A stretch of 57,317 nt of DNA from an uncultured Planctomycetaceae bacterium (GTDB taxonomy: Bacteria; Planctomycetota; Planctomycetia; Planctomycetales; Planctomycetaceae), in contig CAXBME010000038.1 in NCBI GenBank assembly GCA_963976765.1, forward strand, positions 1 to 57,317. The letters run 5' to 3'. The notes below the pieces were generated by a model. That model saw only the letters and a list, made by a program, of their open reading frames with translations, was not told the origin of the DNA and searched no databases. The position numbers and the translations under genes were made by a program. Below are positions 9,663 through 19,664 of this stretch, piece after piece (the stretch's first letter is position 1; every line of letters begins with the position of its first letter).

Positions 9663-10464
9663 AGTTCCTCATCTTCTGTGTGCGAATGCTGCATCCGACA
9701 TCTGCAGCGCAAGGCGATGAAGGGAACCGTGTCGGCCGGCCCCGAATTACAATGGAGCACGGCGAATCAGGGTGGAGTCTTTGCCGCAGGCAAAGCAGCA
9801 GCGATCCGCAAACAGCGGTCGCGGACCTTGACCGTCGTGACACCATGAAGAGGACCGGGCGAGGAGCAAGAAAACCTCGTCGGTAAAACCAAAGCGTGCC
9901 ACCGATCCTCAGCGCATGTACTGCAACTGCGCTCGGGACCGGGTGACTCCTGGTGAACTCAGATGGGCAGGCGAAAGACCGAAGCGAAGCCGAGTCAGTT
10001 ACCACATTTCCGAGCAAACGGCAAAGAAATCAGACGGCCACTTTGATCCATCTTTGTCGTTACCACTGAATGGGTGGCTGCTTTCGCCGGAGCCGGTCGT
10101 CGTCGAGGTCTCACCCGACCCGTCGGCCTCGACGATGACTGGCGGAGCCGAAAGCAGCAGCCTGAGCGGAACACTCGACGACCGTCAGACCACAGACACT
10201 CCCGGCTGCTTTTGCTGGTGCGGGAGTTGTCAGGTCTCTGAGCGAGTTCGGTTTGAAGTTTGGATTTTGGACTTTCACAGGCCGATTGCACAATAACGGG
10301 CGATCCACAGGCACCGGAGATTGGCATGGCCAGCGACCGTTACACATCCCATGCGAGGGCTCGGATACGCAACGGTTCCCATGGCCGACCGATAGCATGC
10401 CGGCTGGCCGCAAGACAGATTGGCTCACCCGGCAACACGGAAATGTGAATCTGGCATCATTCGA

Positions 10465-10498
10465 TTGGCGTATCAAAAGCTCCTTTTTGAAACGCCAA
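10465..10498. promoter_or_regulatory. Tyrosine-recombinase core site (14-bp inverted arms, 6-bp spacer)
   Basis: TTGGCGTATCAAAA-GCTCCT-TTTTGAAACGCCAA; arms complementary at 13/14 positions; ends 19 bp before the recombinase ATG. Confidence 0.7.
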
Positions 10499-10517
10499 AT
10501 CTGTGGCACGATGAGCC

Positions 10518-11528
10518 ATGAGCAAACACCAATTTCCGCAGAAGTCCGATGAGAGATGGCCAACCAATTCCGACGGTGAACTGCTGACGATTTGCACGAG
10601 GCAACTGCCGGCTTTGATTCGTGAGGCTGGTGAGAGAGCCGAGCGACGATTCCTGGAATTCTTTACCGCGAACATTCGTAATCCCGGAACGCGCCGGGTT
10701 TACGGGCTCGCTGTCGGTCGCTTCTGTCACTGGTGCGAACGGCACGGTGTCTCGCTCGAACACGTCACGCCGTTCGTTGTCGCCGGTTATATCGAACACC
10801 TGACAACACTGCTCAGTGCTCCCACAGTCAAACTGCACCTGGCAGCGATCCGGATGCTGTTCGACTGGCTGGTGACTGGCTAGGTCGTACCAGTCAATCC
10901 GGCGGCTTCCGTGCGTGGCCCGAAGCACGTTGTGCGGAAAGGCAAGACCCCAGTGTTGACCGCCGCGGAAGCACGGCAACTTCTCGATTCAATCGACTGT
11001 TCAAAGATCGTCGGACTGCGTGACCGAGCGCTGATCGGCGTCATGGTCTACAGCTTCGCCCGAGTCTCAGCGACGATCGGCATGAACGTTGAAGACTGCT
11101 TTCCACAAGGCCGCCGCATGTGGTTCCGCCTGCATGAGAAAGGCGGCAAACACCACGACGTTCCTGCTCATCACAATGCAGAAGACTACATCGATGCCTA
11201 CCTGACTGCGGCCGGAATCAGCAACGAAAAAAAGTCGCCACTGTTCCGTACGGTCTCCCGGAACCGGAACCGGAAACTGACGCCACGCCGAATGCACCGC
11301 ACCGACGTGCTGCGAATGATCAAACGCCGAGCCCGTCAGGCCGGACTGGCGACACACATCTGCTGCCACACCTTCCGAGCAACCGGCATCACCGCCTATC
11401 TGGAAAACGGCGGCTTACTGGAACATGCCCAGCGGATTGCGGCCCATGAATCTGTCCGCACGACCAAACTTTACGACCGAACGTCAGACGCCATCAGCCT
11501 TGACGAGATTGAACGCATCATTATCTGA
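10518..11528 (+). pseudogene. Tyrosine recombinase/integrase (XerC/D-like) with in-frame TAG at 10881-10883
   Basis: ORFs 10518-10883 and 10911-11528 share one frame, reading DWLVTG*VVPVNPAASVRGP. Catalytic set is intact: FARV (R), EKGGK (K), HTFR, AHES, TKLY. Confidence 0.9.
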
Positions 11529-11583
11529 ACCGGGTTGCGCAATTCCCTCCAACGTAAACTACGTATCTGCGAAACGGTCAGAC

Positions 11584-12200
11584 TCAACGGATTCTATCAG
11601 TAGCCATCATTGCACTGGACTTGAACAGTTCCGCTCCAAAGCACGCAGCCAACAGGGGAGTGTTCCACCAAGTGCCGTAGCTTATAGGGCAAGGGCCGCG
11701 AAGTATCGAGTCACCGAATGCTGTCGACACATTCCTATCGCCCGTGAGGTCGTTGACGAGACGCGAGTCATAAAAGCCTCGATGACCAGTCTTAGTCCGG
11801 TCAGCATCACACCAGAGCGAAGAGTCCAGGCTCATCCATACCATTCACTGTTGTCCGTGATGTTGATGCTGTCGAACTTGTAAACTTCGACGTCTACCGG
11901 GTCAGGCAGGACAGTTTCTTCGAGTTCTTCGAAAATGACACGGATCATGCGCAAATCTTGTACCTGGACTGTTCGATACCTGAATGCTTCAAAGTAGTGG
12001 ACCTCCTCGAAATCGCCAAACTCTATTGGAGCACGTAGAAGGGTGGGCTGCTTGATGTCTGCACTACCGCTGTGACCCCATTGGCGGCGTTCAGTGTGAT
12101 CAGCGATCAACTGAAGCTCCTGCCAGTGAGACGGCCAGATTCGCCTCCTCGGGTTGTTCAGGAAACGCTCTCTCGCTTCTTTGCATTCCGCGTAGACGCC
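11584..12200 (-). pseudogene. Probable gene remnant of unknown family
   Basis: An open frame without a clear start (GVYAECKEARERFLNN...) runs to 11832, and a second frame continues to 11584. No recognisable motif. Confidence 0.25.
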
Positions 12201-12314
12201 TCAGTTCGCCATTTCTGGTTCAAGTGGTGGATAGAGCTGTACCGATATTGAGAGTCGACGCAGTTTGCTGCCCGAGGATGGTCGGCACAGTTGTTTCTGA
12301 TGTGAGGTGTCCCG

Positions 12315-12773
12315 GTGACTGTTCGCGTATGTGTGACTCTCTTGATGCTGGCGCAGGCGATTGCCTGCCCATTCCTCCATTGTGGGGAGTGTCAGGGGGC
12401 GTGCGCGATTCGCTGTGTGGATGCGGATTACCAGGACGGCGGATGCTGCGATACGGAATCCAGCCTTGAGAGCCATTCTCACCTGACTGTCGGTAGCGAG
12501 CCCCTTCGCAGCCTTCCGAGTGTTCCCGAATGCCCGGACCACGAGGGGGCTGTCGACTGCTTGTGTGATGGAGCAATTCGGGCTGAGCAGGTGAAATGTC
12601 CTGACGCAACTGCGTTTGGACTGTTTCTCGTTCTGCCGGACGGCTTCTACTTAGAAGCGAGTTTGCCGCAGGCAATTGAGTCACGAAGACTCGCGTGTAT
12701 CGGCTCCGTCCACTTCCCGCCGCTCATTACGGGAAGACATATCTGCGTTCTCACGCGGACATGGCTGCTTTAA
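12315..12773 (+). CDS. Cys-rich secreted leader protein A (DUF2946/CzcI-like position)
   Basis: Hydrophobic N-terminus, CPFLHCGECQGAC, CC, DCLC, ends HFPPLITGRHICVLTRTWLL. Clear paralogue of 52356-52799. Confidence 0.8.
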   Translation: MTVRVCVTLLMLAQAIACPFLHCGECQGACAIRCVDADYQDGGCCDTESSLESHSHLTVGSEPLRSLPSVPECPDHEGAVDCLCDGAIRAEQVKCPDATAFGLFLVLPDGFYLEASLPQAIESRRLACIGSVHFPPLITGRHICVLTRTWLL

Positions 12774-13121
12774 CCGGATTCCTCAGTGTATTCGAGGCTG
12801 GTCGGCTGTCGCGCTTCAGTGGCTAACTGAAGCCCTCACAGAACAGAGCCACGCCGACGATCCGTCAGTAACTGTTCGCTCGTGACGCCAACACAGTCTT
12901 GACGGTCGCGTATCCGCACGTCGTCAAGTGATTCGAACGCACTGGATGTTTCAACTTGCTCGTCGGATTGCGCTGACGGTGTTCTACCCCGAACGACTCC
13001 GAGTCGAGCGAACTTATCGCGAGCTGTTGTTCCCGCTCCGGAGATACAGTTCACAACACAAAGCTTCTCCTGTTGATGAATGTTGAAAGCACTAACCCAC
13101 TCGTGAAAAGGATGACTGATC

Positions 13122-13940
13122 ATGTTGATGCTCCGCTCCCGCAAAGGGCTGCTTGCCCTCGTTCTGTCAGTCGCGACCGGTTTGACCGGAACGCAGACTT
13201 ACGCTCAGACCGCCAGTCCGGCTGAGGCGACCGCAGCTCAGTTGAGTCCTGGCGATCAGAAGATCGCTGCCAACTCAAAGGCTGGACATACAACGTTCGT
13301 GCTGTTCTACCGCAGCAATGACCAACTGACACAGACCGTCTACCAGACGATTAAGTCAGGAGCGTCGAAACGTAACGACGCCGCGATTCTCCCGATCCAG
13401 GTTGATGATCGAGCTGAACGCGGCCTCATTGAGAAGTTCGACATTACTCGTACGCCGTTGCCCGCCGTTGTGACACTCGCTCCGAATGGCGCAGTGACGG
13501 GCGTGTTCTCACAGCAGATCAAGCCCGAAGAAGTGGATGGTGCGATCGTGAGTTCCGGCTACGCACAATGCATCAAAGCCATGCAGAGCGGTCGCATCGT
13601 GCTGCTGTGCGTTCAGCCTGCGACGCGAGGGTTCGTGCCAAAGGGTGTTCAGGAATTCCAGGCCGATCGCCTTTACCGCGAACGGACTCAGGTCGTGAAT
13701 ATCAGTGCGACTGATCCTGGCGAATCGCAGTTCGTCAAGCAGCTCGGTCTGAATGCCCAAAGTGCGTCTCCGCAGGTCGTCTTCATGGCGCCTCCGGGAG
13801 TCATGCTCGGCGCGTACGACGCGAATGTCACCCATGCGGCGCTCGCCACAAAACTGGCATCCGCCGGAAAATGCTGTGACGACAAGAACTGCAAGCACCA
13901 CCAAACCGCAACGGGACCATCGTCAACGACAACTCGTTGA
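13122..13940 (+). CDS. Secreted protein, probably two thioredoxin-like folds, with Cys/His tail
   Basis: Signal peptide (TYA-Q); two repeats of the ...FDITRTPLPAVVTLAPNG / ...PQVVFMAPPG pattern; ends GKCCDDKNCKHH; RBS AAGGA. Confidence 0.75.
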   Translation: MLMLRSRKGLLALVLSVATGLTGTQTYAQTASPAEATAAQLSPGDQKIAANSKAGHTTFVLFYRSNDQLTQTVYQTIKSGASKRNDAAILPIQVDDRAERGLIEKFDITRTPLPAVVTLAPNGAVTGVFSQQIKPEEVDGAIVSSGYAQCIKAMQSGRIVLLCVQPATRGFVPKGVQEFQADRLYRERTQVVNISATDPGESQFVKQLGLNAQSASPQVVFMAPPGVMLGAYDANVTHAALATKLASAGKCCDDKNCKHHQTATGPSSTTTR

Positions 13941-13959
13941 GGCTGAGGCCTGACGAGAC

Positions 13960-14092
13960 GAGTGTCGAGAGTCCAGAGCCGGCGCGTGGATGTGTCGCCG
14001 GCCTGCTCTCGCACGCTGCTGCTCAATCGGCCTGATACCAATCTAACACCGAGTCCTCCGTCTCTCGACACTGGACTCTCAACCCTCAACTC
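13960..14092. repeat. Heptamer-unit palindromic element, family B, copy 1
   Basis: GAGTGTCGAGAGTCCAGAG ... TCTCTCGACACTGGACTCTCAACCCTCAACTC; intergenic. Confidence 0.65.
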
Positions 14093-14103
14093 AAGGAAGA
14101 GCT

Positions 14104-15333
14104 ATGAACCTTCGCTCGCTGATCTGGAAAGAACTCCGACAGCGGCCAACGCCAATGATGACCAGCCTGATCGCTGTCACGCTGGGAGTTACCGCTCTGG
14201 TCGCCATTCAGAATATCACTGTGTTCTCCGAGCAGGCCATCGCTCAGAAGATGGAGAATCTCGGTGCGAACGTACTTGTGCTACCGCAGTCCGTTTCGCT
14301 GCAGGACTACTACGCGGCCGATATGCACGGGCAGACGATGCCCGAGGCAAACGTGACTCAACTCGCTCTGGCCCGACTACCAGGCGTGCAGAACCTTGCA
14401 CCGAAACTGTGCGTGTCAGCGTCGGTTGATTCGATTCCGATTACGTTGACCGGAATTCTGCCGAAGTCTGAATTTCAGACGAAGTCGGCCTGGCAGGGGC
14501 TCTCACTGCTGTCTAATCCGGTCGGCTCGGACCGAGGCTGCTGCGAAACAACCGGTGCCGATGTCTCGAACGACACCGATCCCGCCTCTCTCGCAACCAC
14601 GCGAACGATTCAGGAACTCGGCAAAGACGAAGTCATCATTGGTTCTGATCTCGCGTCTCAACTCGGTACGAAGCCCGGCGATCAACTCGAACTGTTCGAC
14701 GAAACATTTCAAGTGTTGGCCGTGCTGCCCGCGACAGGCACCATCGACGATGGTCGGATGTTCGCGCATTTGCACTCGGTGCAGCGACTGTCAGAGGCCG
14801 GGCCTGTCGTGAATGTCATCGAGATCATGGGCTGCTGTGAAGATGCCGCCGGCAGCCTGATCAGCGATCTCTCATCGCTGCTGCCTGAAACAAAAGTGAT
14901 CACGATCGCTCAGGTTGTCGAGACGCAGGTCGCCGTGAACAGCCTGATGTCGCGGATGTCGTGGGTGTTCTTCTCGATTCTGCTGCTGGTTGGTGGCGCA
15001 AGTATTGCCAGCGTGATGTACGCCAACGTGGCCGAACGTCGTCGCGAAATCGGTACGTTGATGGCACTGGGAGCGACTCCCGGATACGTGACTCGCATGT
15101 TCCTGGGCAAGGCGACCGTGCTGGGAGCGTGCGGCGGAGTTGGCGGCTTTGTTGTCGGCACGATTCTGGCCGCGATCCTCGGACCGCAGTTGCTCGGGGT
15201 CGCCGTTCAGCCGATGCCGATTCTCCTGGCAGTTGGACTTGTCACGGCTTCGGTCGTGGCCATTGCCGCCAGTTATCTACCCGCGCGACGAGCGTCCCGT
15301 CTCGATCCGTGCCTGTGCTTCAGTGAAGCATAG
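14104..15333 (+). CDS. ABC transporter permease (MacB/FtsX family)
   Basis: N-terminal TM, LGANVLV periplasmic domain, [14 protein letters not shown] motif, [12 protein letters not shown] end. Confidence 0.92.
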   Translation: MNLRSLIWKELRQRPTPMMTSLIAVTLGVTALVAIQNITVFSEQAIAQKMENLGANVLVLPQSVSLQDYYAADMHGQTMPEANVTQLALARLPGVQNLAPKLCVSASVDSIPITLTGILPKSEFQTKSAWQGLSLLSNPVGSDRGCCETTGADVSNDTDPASLATTRTIQELGKDEVIIGSDLASQLGTKPGDQLELFDETFQVLAVLPATGTIDDGRMFAHLHSVQRLSEAGPVVNVIEIMGCCEDAAGSLISDLSSLLPETKVITIAQVVETQVAVNSLMSRMSWVFFSILLLVGGASIASVMYANVAERRREIGTLMALGATPGYVTRMFLGKATVLGACGGVGGFVVGTILAAILGPQLLGVAVQPMPILLAVGLVTASVVAIAASYLPARRASRLDPCLCFSEA

Positions 15334-15363
15334 ACGGACGCAGTTGGATCACAGCCGAAAGTT

Positions 15364-15452
15364 GAACAGGAGAAAAAGTTGCACAGGAGAAAACGGAGAG
15401 AATTGAGTCCGTAATCGTGGTTCTTCTCCGTTTCCTCTGTGCTCTTCTGTTC
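15364..15452. repeat. REP-like palindrome, family A, copy 1
   Basis: GAACAGGAG..ACAGGAGAAAACGGAG ... CTCCGTTTCCTCTGTGCTCTTCTGTTC. Confidence 0.7.
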
Positions 15453-15494
15453 GGAATCAGAAATACAAACCTCGAGACATGGAAAGTCATAGCG

Positions 15495-16181
15495 ATGTAT
15501 CAACTGGAACAAGTCACAAAAACTTACACAAGACGAGGGCAGACAGTGACTGCTCTGGCAGACTCGTCATTGACGCTCGCTACCGGTGAATTCGTTGCAC
15601 TGGTCGGCCCCAGCGGAAGCGGAAAGACGACGTTACTGTCCATGCTGGGTGGAATGCTCGCACCCACTTCGGGACGCGTCCTGCTCGGCGATGACTCACT
15701 GTACGACCTGTCTGTTGCCGATCGTACGCGACTGCGACTCGACCGGCTCGGCTTCGTGTTTCAGTCGTTCAATCTGATCCCATGGCTCAGCGCCGTGGAG
15801 AACGTGCAGGTTCCGTTGAGTCTCGCGGGGAAGACTGCTGTCGAGCAGCGGGAACGAGCCTGTGATCTGCTGGACCGGGTTGGTCTGTCCGATCGACTGG
15901 AGCATCGTCCGTCTGAACTCAGTCAGGGACAGCAACAGCGAGTGGCACTGGCACGCACTCTGGCCAACGATCCACAGATCATTCTGGCTGACGAACCAAC
16001 CGGTAATCTCGATCCGGACTCGCGAGAAGTCGCGATGAACTACCTGTCCAGTTTTAACGCTGAAGGTCGCACCATCGTGATGGTCACACACGATGAATTT
16101 GCCGCCGGATACGCAACGCGAACACTGAGACTGATTAACGGAGTGGTGAGCGACGAAACGCAAACGGCGAAGGCCGCGTAA
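15495..16181 (+). CDS. ABC transporter ATP-binding protein (LolD/MacB-like)
   Basis: [16 protein letters not shown] signature, [16 protein letters not shown]. Start trimmed to MYQLEQV. Confidence 0.95.
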   Translation: MYQLEQVTKTYTRRGQTVTALADSSLTLATGEFVALVGPSGSGKTTLLSMLGGMLAPTSGRVLLGDDSLYDLSVADRTRLRLDRLGFVFQSFNLIPWLSAVENVQVPLSLAGKTAVEQRERACDLLDRVGLSDRLEHRPSELSQGQQQRVALARTLANDPQIILADEPTGNLDPDSREVAMNYLSSFNAEGRTIVMVTHDEFAAGYATRTLRLINGVVSDETQTAKAA

Positions 16182-16191
16182 ACGTAGAATT

Positions 16192-16261
16192 AACAGGAGA
16201 AAACAGAGGGAACGGAGATGTCCCGTCGGCGCCGTCTCTGTTCTCTCTGCGTGCTCCTGTT
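16192..16261. repeat. REP-like palindrome, family A, copy 2
   Basis: AACAGGAGAAAACAGAGGGAACGGAGA ... TCTCTGTTCTCTCTGCGTGCTCCTGTT. Confidence 0.75.
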
Positions 16262-16336
16262 GGGTTCTTCTTGACTTCGCCCTGTAGCTGAAGGAGAACC
16301 ACAGCAACACGACCAGCCTTGAAGCAGGAGCATGAG

Positions 16337-17374
16337 ATGGTGTCCCGTCCGGCGTTTGTTCTGATTGTCTGCTGTCTATCATTCGGGACATCGGCAGTCC
16401 CGGTCCGTGGCGACGAGGATGCGCCACTGCCACCCGATGCCCCGGACAACCGCGTGATGGTCATCCAATGGGACGCCGAGCTGAAATCCGGGCAGACGGT
16501 TGTGACGCGAGTCCCGCTCGGGGCCGTCCTGGAGTTTTCAGAGACCAACGGGTCGTGGAAGTGGATTGCCGCTGCCAAAGGATGGATCAACGAGAGTCAT
16601 GTCGTGCCAATCGGCAGGGCAATTCAGCACTTCGATGCGAGGGTAAAGAATGAGCCCTCGTCGCAGACATTTCATGAGCGTGGAATCGCCCGTGTGGCAC
16701 TGGGTCAGCACGAGGCGGCGATCGAAGATTTTTCCGAAGCGATCAAACGCGAGGACAGCAACCTCGCGGCAGTCAATGATCGAGGAAACGCTCATCGGTA
16801 CCTTGGAAATGCTGACGCAGCAATTTCCGATTTCAGCCGAGTGATCGACGGCGATGTCAAACATCCCGGGGTATTTGTAAACCGCGGTCTGGCTCGACAG
16901 ATGAAGGGCATGCTGGACAAGGCGATTGACGACTTTAATGCGGCCATTCAGCTTGACCCGAAATTCGCACCGGCGTGGGAAGCAGGCGGCTCATCCAGGT
17001 ATGAATCTGGAGACTTTACAAAGGCGTATCAAAACTACCGAAAAGCGATCGAGATCGATCCGAACTTTGCCCGTGCGTTGAACAATCTTGCCTGGATGCT
17101 GGCAGTGTGTCCGGACGAGCATTACCTCGACGGGGCTGAAGCGGTGCGTCTGGCGACGAAGGCGTGCCAGCTGGCAGAATTCCAAGACGCTGGTTTCCTC
17201 GACACGCTGGCTGCGGCTCATGCCGAGAACGGCCAGTTCGAGCAGGCCGTCATCCGTGCCAAAGAGGCAATCGAGAAGGCCGACGACAAAAGGAAGTCGG
17301 ACATTCGCGAGCGGCTGCAAGGCTATGAGGCGGGAAAGCCTTACCGGCAGCCGCCGGTCGCCAGCGGCGTCTAA
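16337..17374 (+). CDS. Secreted tetratricopeptide-repeat protein with N-terminal SH3-like domain
   Basis: Signal peptide, GSWKWI..KGWI motif, several TPRs (AIEDFSEAI, NRGLA, ALNNLAW, LDTLAAAHAE); RBS AGGAG. Confidence 0.88.
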   Translation: MVSRPAFVLIVCCLSFGTSAVPVRGDEDAPLPPDAPDNRVMVIQWDAELKSGQTVVTRVPLGAVLEFSETNGSWKWIAAAKGWINESHVVPIGRAIQHFDARVKNEPSSQTFHERGIARVALGQHEAAIEDFSEAIKREDSNLAAVNDRGNAHRYLGNADAAISDFSRVIDGDVKHPGVFVNRGLARQMKGMLDKAIDDFNAAIQLDPKFAPAWEAGGSSRYESGDFTKAYQNYRKAIEIDPNFARALNNLAWMLAVCPDEHYLDGAEAVRLATKACQLAEFQDAGFLDTLAAAHAENGQFEQAVIRAKEAIEKADDKRKSDIRERLQGYEAGKPYRQPPVASGV

Positions 17375-17533
17375 CGACGCTGGCCTGGCGGCTTCTTCCC
17401 GCCATGCAGAATTTTCCACCACGCTCGCGGCAGTTTCTGAACTGCGTGGGCAGTCGCCTCGCACCCGTCAACCGGATCGTGATGGAACAGGCCCGGAACC
17501 TGTATTCCGTCTCGGCTTCATTCCGCACGGGTG

Positions 17534-17944
17534 TCAGTGATGCCCGCCGCCGTGTGCGCTATGGTGGCCGCCGCCGTGTCCGTACGAATAGTGCCCGCCC
17601 CCGTGTCCACCGTAATAACCGCCGCCGTGCCCGTACGAATAGTGCCCACCGTGATGGCCGCCGAACAGGCCGATCCCGATACTGAGTCCACCGTGACCGT
17701 AATGGCTTGAGGAATAGCCGTGATGTCCCGAATAGTACGGCATGCCGTAGGAGTAGTAGTAATTCGACGGATAGGAGTAACCAACGGGTGAGGAATACTG
17801 GAGTCCGCCGGTCGCCGCAGGCACTGCGTAGGAGCGAATCGAGTATCCGCTTCCGCACCCTTGATGATCGGCTGACGCACTGCCGCCGAGCAGTGCCGTG
17901 GAAATTGCTGCGGTCAATACTCCGCCCATGATGTAGCGTGCCAT
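17534..17944 (-). CDS. Secreted Gly/His/Tyr-rich low-complexity protein
   Basis: RBS AAGGAG, signal peptide (ASA-D), duplicated GGHYSYGHGGG, His-rich tail. Confidence 0.8.
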   Translation of the reverse strand: MARYIMGGVLTAAISTALLGGSASADHQGCGSGYSIRSYAVPAATGGLQYSSPVGYSYPSNYYYSYGMPYYSGHHGYSSSHYGHGGLSIGIGLFGGHHGGHYSYGHGGGYYGGHGGGHYSYGHGGGHHSAHGGGHH

Positions 17945-18250
17945 GATTCTCTCCTTGGATTCGGGTGAATGGATACGCGAACGAAATCGTCCGCATCGGT
18001 AACGCCCGCGATCTATGATACGCCGAGCGTCGACATCTTTCGAACTCTGAGCGAACAGAATTCTCGACGGTCGCTCAATCCGCCGAAAGGTCACAGAGGG
18101 AATCTGTGGGAAATGTCACCGGCTTCTTCGGATTTCTGGTACCCCGACTCAATGCCTCGGCAGCCGGCAGCCGATGAACAGAGACGCGGGCTGATGTCCT
18201 GATGACTTCTTCCCAAGGCACCTTGCCACTCAGACACGCAGGAGTACCTC

Positions 18251-18703
18251 ATGTTCACGGCAGCACTCACAAGAAAGACTCTGCAGACGATCTGTCTGTC
18301 GGTCTGGATGTGCTGCCTGCCGGCTCTCAAAGCAGGCATTGATTGCACGGAATGTGCAGAGTCCTGCTCCAGCGCAGCCTGCTGTCAGACGACCTGCACG
18401 ACCGGTGGTTCAGAGGCCGTCGGCGGTCTTTTGCTGATTTCGCTGAGTCGCAGCGATCATCGTGCTGTGGCACCGGGCGAGCGGTGTTCCTGCAGTTGTT
18501 GTGTGCTGCAGTTCGACACGGTCGCGACACAGAACAGCAGCCCTCGCGGTCGTTCTGAGTTGCCGTCCGATGAGCAGGAATCGACGAGTGTCTATGAGCT
18601 CTCGTATGCAAGTGCTCCACCGTCCCGCTTTGCAAAATATGACCGCCGCTGCACTGTGCAGTCTCTCGAATGTTGTATTCGCCTGTGCCGGTTCAGGCTG
18701 TGA
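18251..18703 (+). CDS. Cys-rich secreted leader protein B
   Basis: RBS AGGAG; CTECAESC..CC, CSCSCC; ends CCIRLCRFRL. Confidence 0.75.
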   Translation: MFTAALTRKTLQTICLSVWMCCLPALKAGIDCTECAESCSSAACCQTTCTTGGSEAVGGLLLISLSRSDHRAVAPGERCSCSCCVLQFDTVATQNSSPRGRSELPSDEQESTSVYELSYASAPPSRFAKYDRRCTVQSLECCIRLCRFRL

Positions 18704-18989
18704 TCTGAACTCCAACTGGCAGCGTTCGGTCGCGGGCGGCATTGATGCACGCCAGACACGGACCTGTCTGTTCTTCCTGGCACCGAGCTGAACCGTCGTC
18801 GCAATCGTCCCGCGACAGGACACTCGCTGCGCATGGGTGCCCGTTCGTCCACGACCTCAGAAAAGGTCGTTGCGACTGAAGCGTCAGGGCTCCATGTCAC
18901 TCGTCCGGTCGAATGATCGGTCCGTGTGAGCCGCTGGCGTTGCGTTCTTCGCGAATCCAACAGACACCGTCCTTAGAAAGGACTTCACC

Positions 18990-19520
18990 ATGCGCAGTTT
19001 TGACCTGACATCTCAAAGCGTGACTGGCTTCTTACGCAGCCTGGGACACGCCCGATGCCACACCACTTCTGAAACGCACTCATCATTGAGTATCAGAGGC
19101 GCTACAATTTTTCGAGTACTCATTGTCGAAGTCCGCGACGAAGTGTTTGCGTGCCTGAGTTCCCTGTTTCAGGATCACGGCGTGCTTGTCGCGAGGGCTG
19201 AATCTTCGACCGCTCTGGCCGAACGCGCCGCCAGCTTTCGCGCGGACCTGGTGCTGATCAACGCTGATCAGCCCGACGAAAACGGCTGGCTCACCTGTGC
19301 TCGGCTGCGGCTGCAGGAACAGGGACAGCGGCTGTGGGTTTACGCGGCCCACAAGCCGGTTCTGCTCGAACAGTGGGTCGGCCTGTCCGGAGCCGATGAA
19401 ACCATTCTGTACGGCGGAGTCCTGGCGACCCTTGTTGCGGGAGTTCGCAAACGCACGGTCGCGACACAGTCGCGCGATGCACCCGCGATCGCCGCAGTCC
19501 TGCCAATGGCAATTGTGTGA
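18990..19520 (+). CDS. Atypical (pseudo) receiver-domain protein
   Basis: REC-like pattern RVLIVE..ADLVLINADQPDENGWLTCARLR..GADETI, with Asn at the phospho-Asp position; RBS AAGGA. Confidence 0.7.
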   Translation: MRSFDLTSQSVTGFLRSLGHARCHTTSETHSSLSIRGATIFRVLIVEVRDEVFACLSSLFQDHGVLVARAESSTALAERAASFRADLVLINADQPDENGWLTCARLRLQEQGQRLWVYAAHKPVLLEQWVGLSGADETILYGGVLATLVAGVRKRTVATQSRDAPAIAAVLPMAIV

Positions 19521-19664
19521 CCGGTGTGTCTGGCTCCTGATGATTGAATTCAGTTCAACAGCCTGACTTCCGTCCTGTTCGGCTGGTCCGGATGTCTTTT
19601 TTGAAAGTGGTCTGTATGGAGCAGACCATTCATTCCTGCATTCCCAAGAAAGGGAGTTCGCCTG

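Noticed and set aside
10881..10883. Pyrrolysine or programmed amber readthrough in the recombinase
   Set aside because: No pyl genes in view; a single C>T change from a Gln codon is the simpler explanation.
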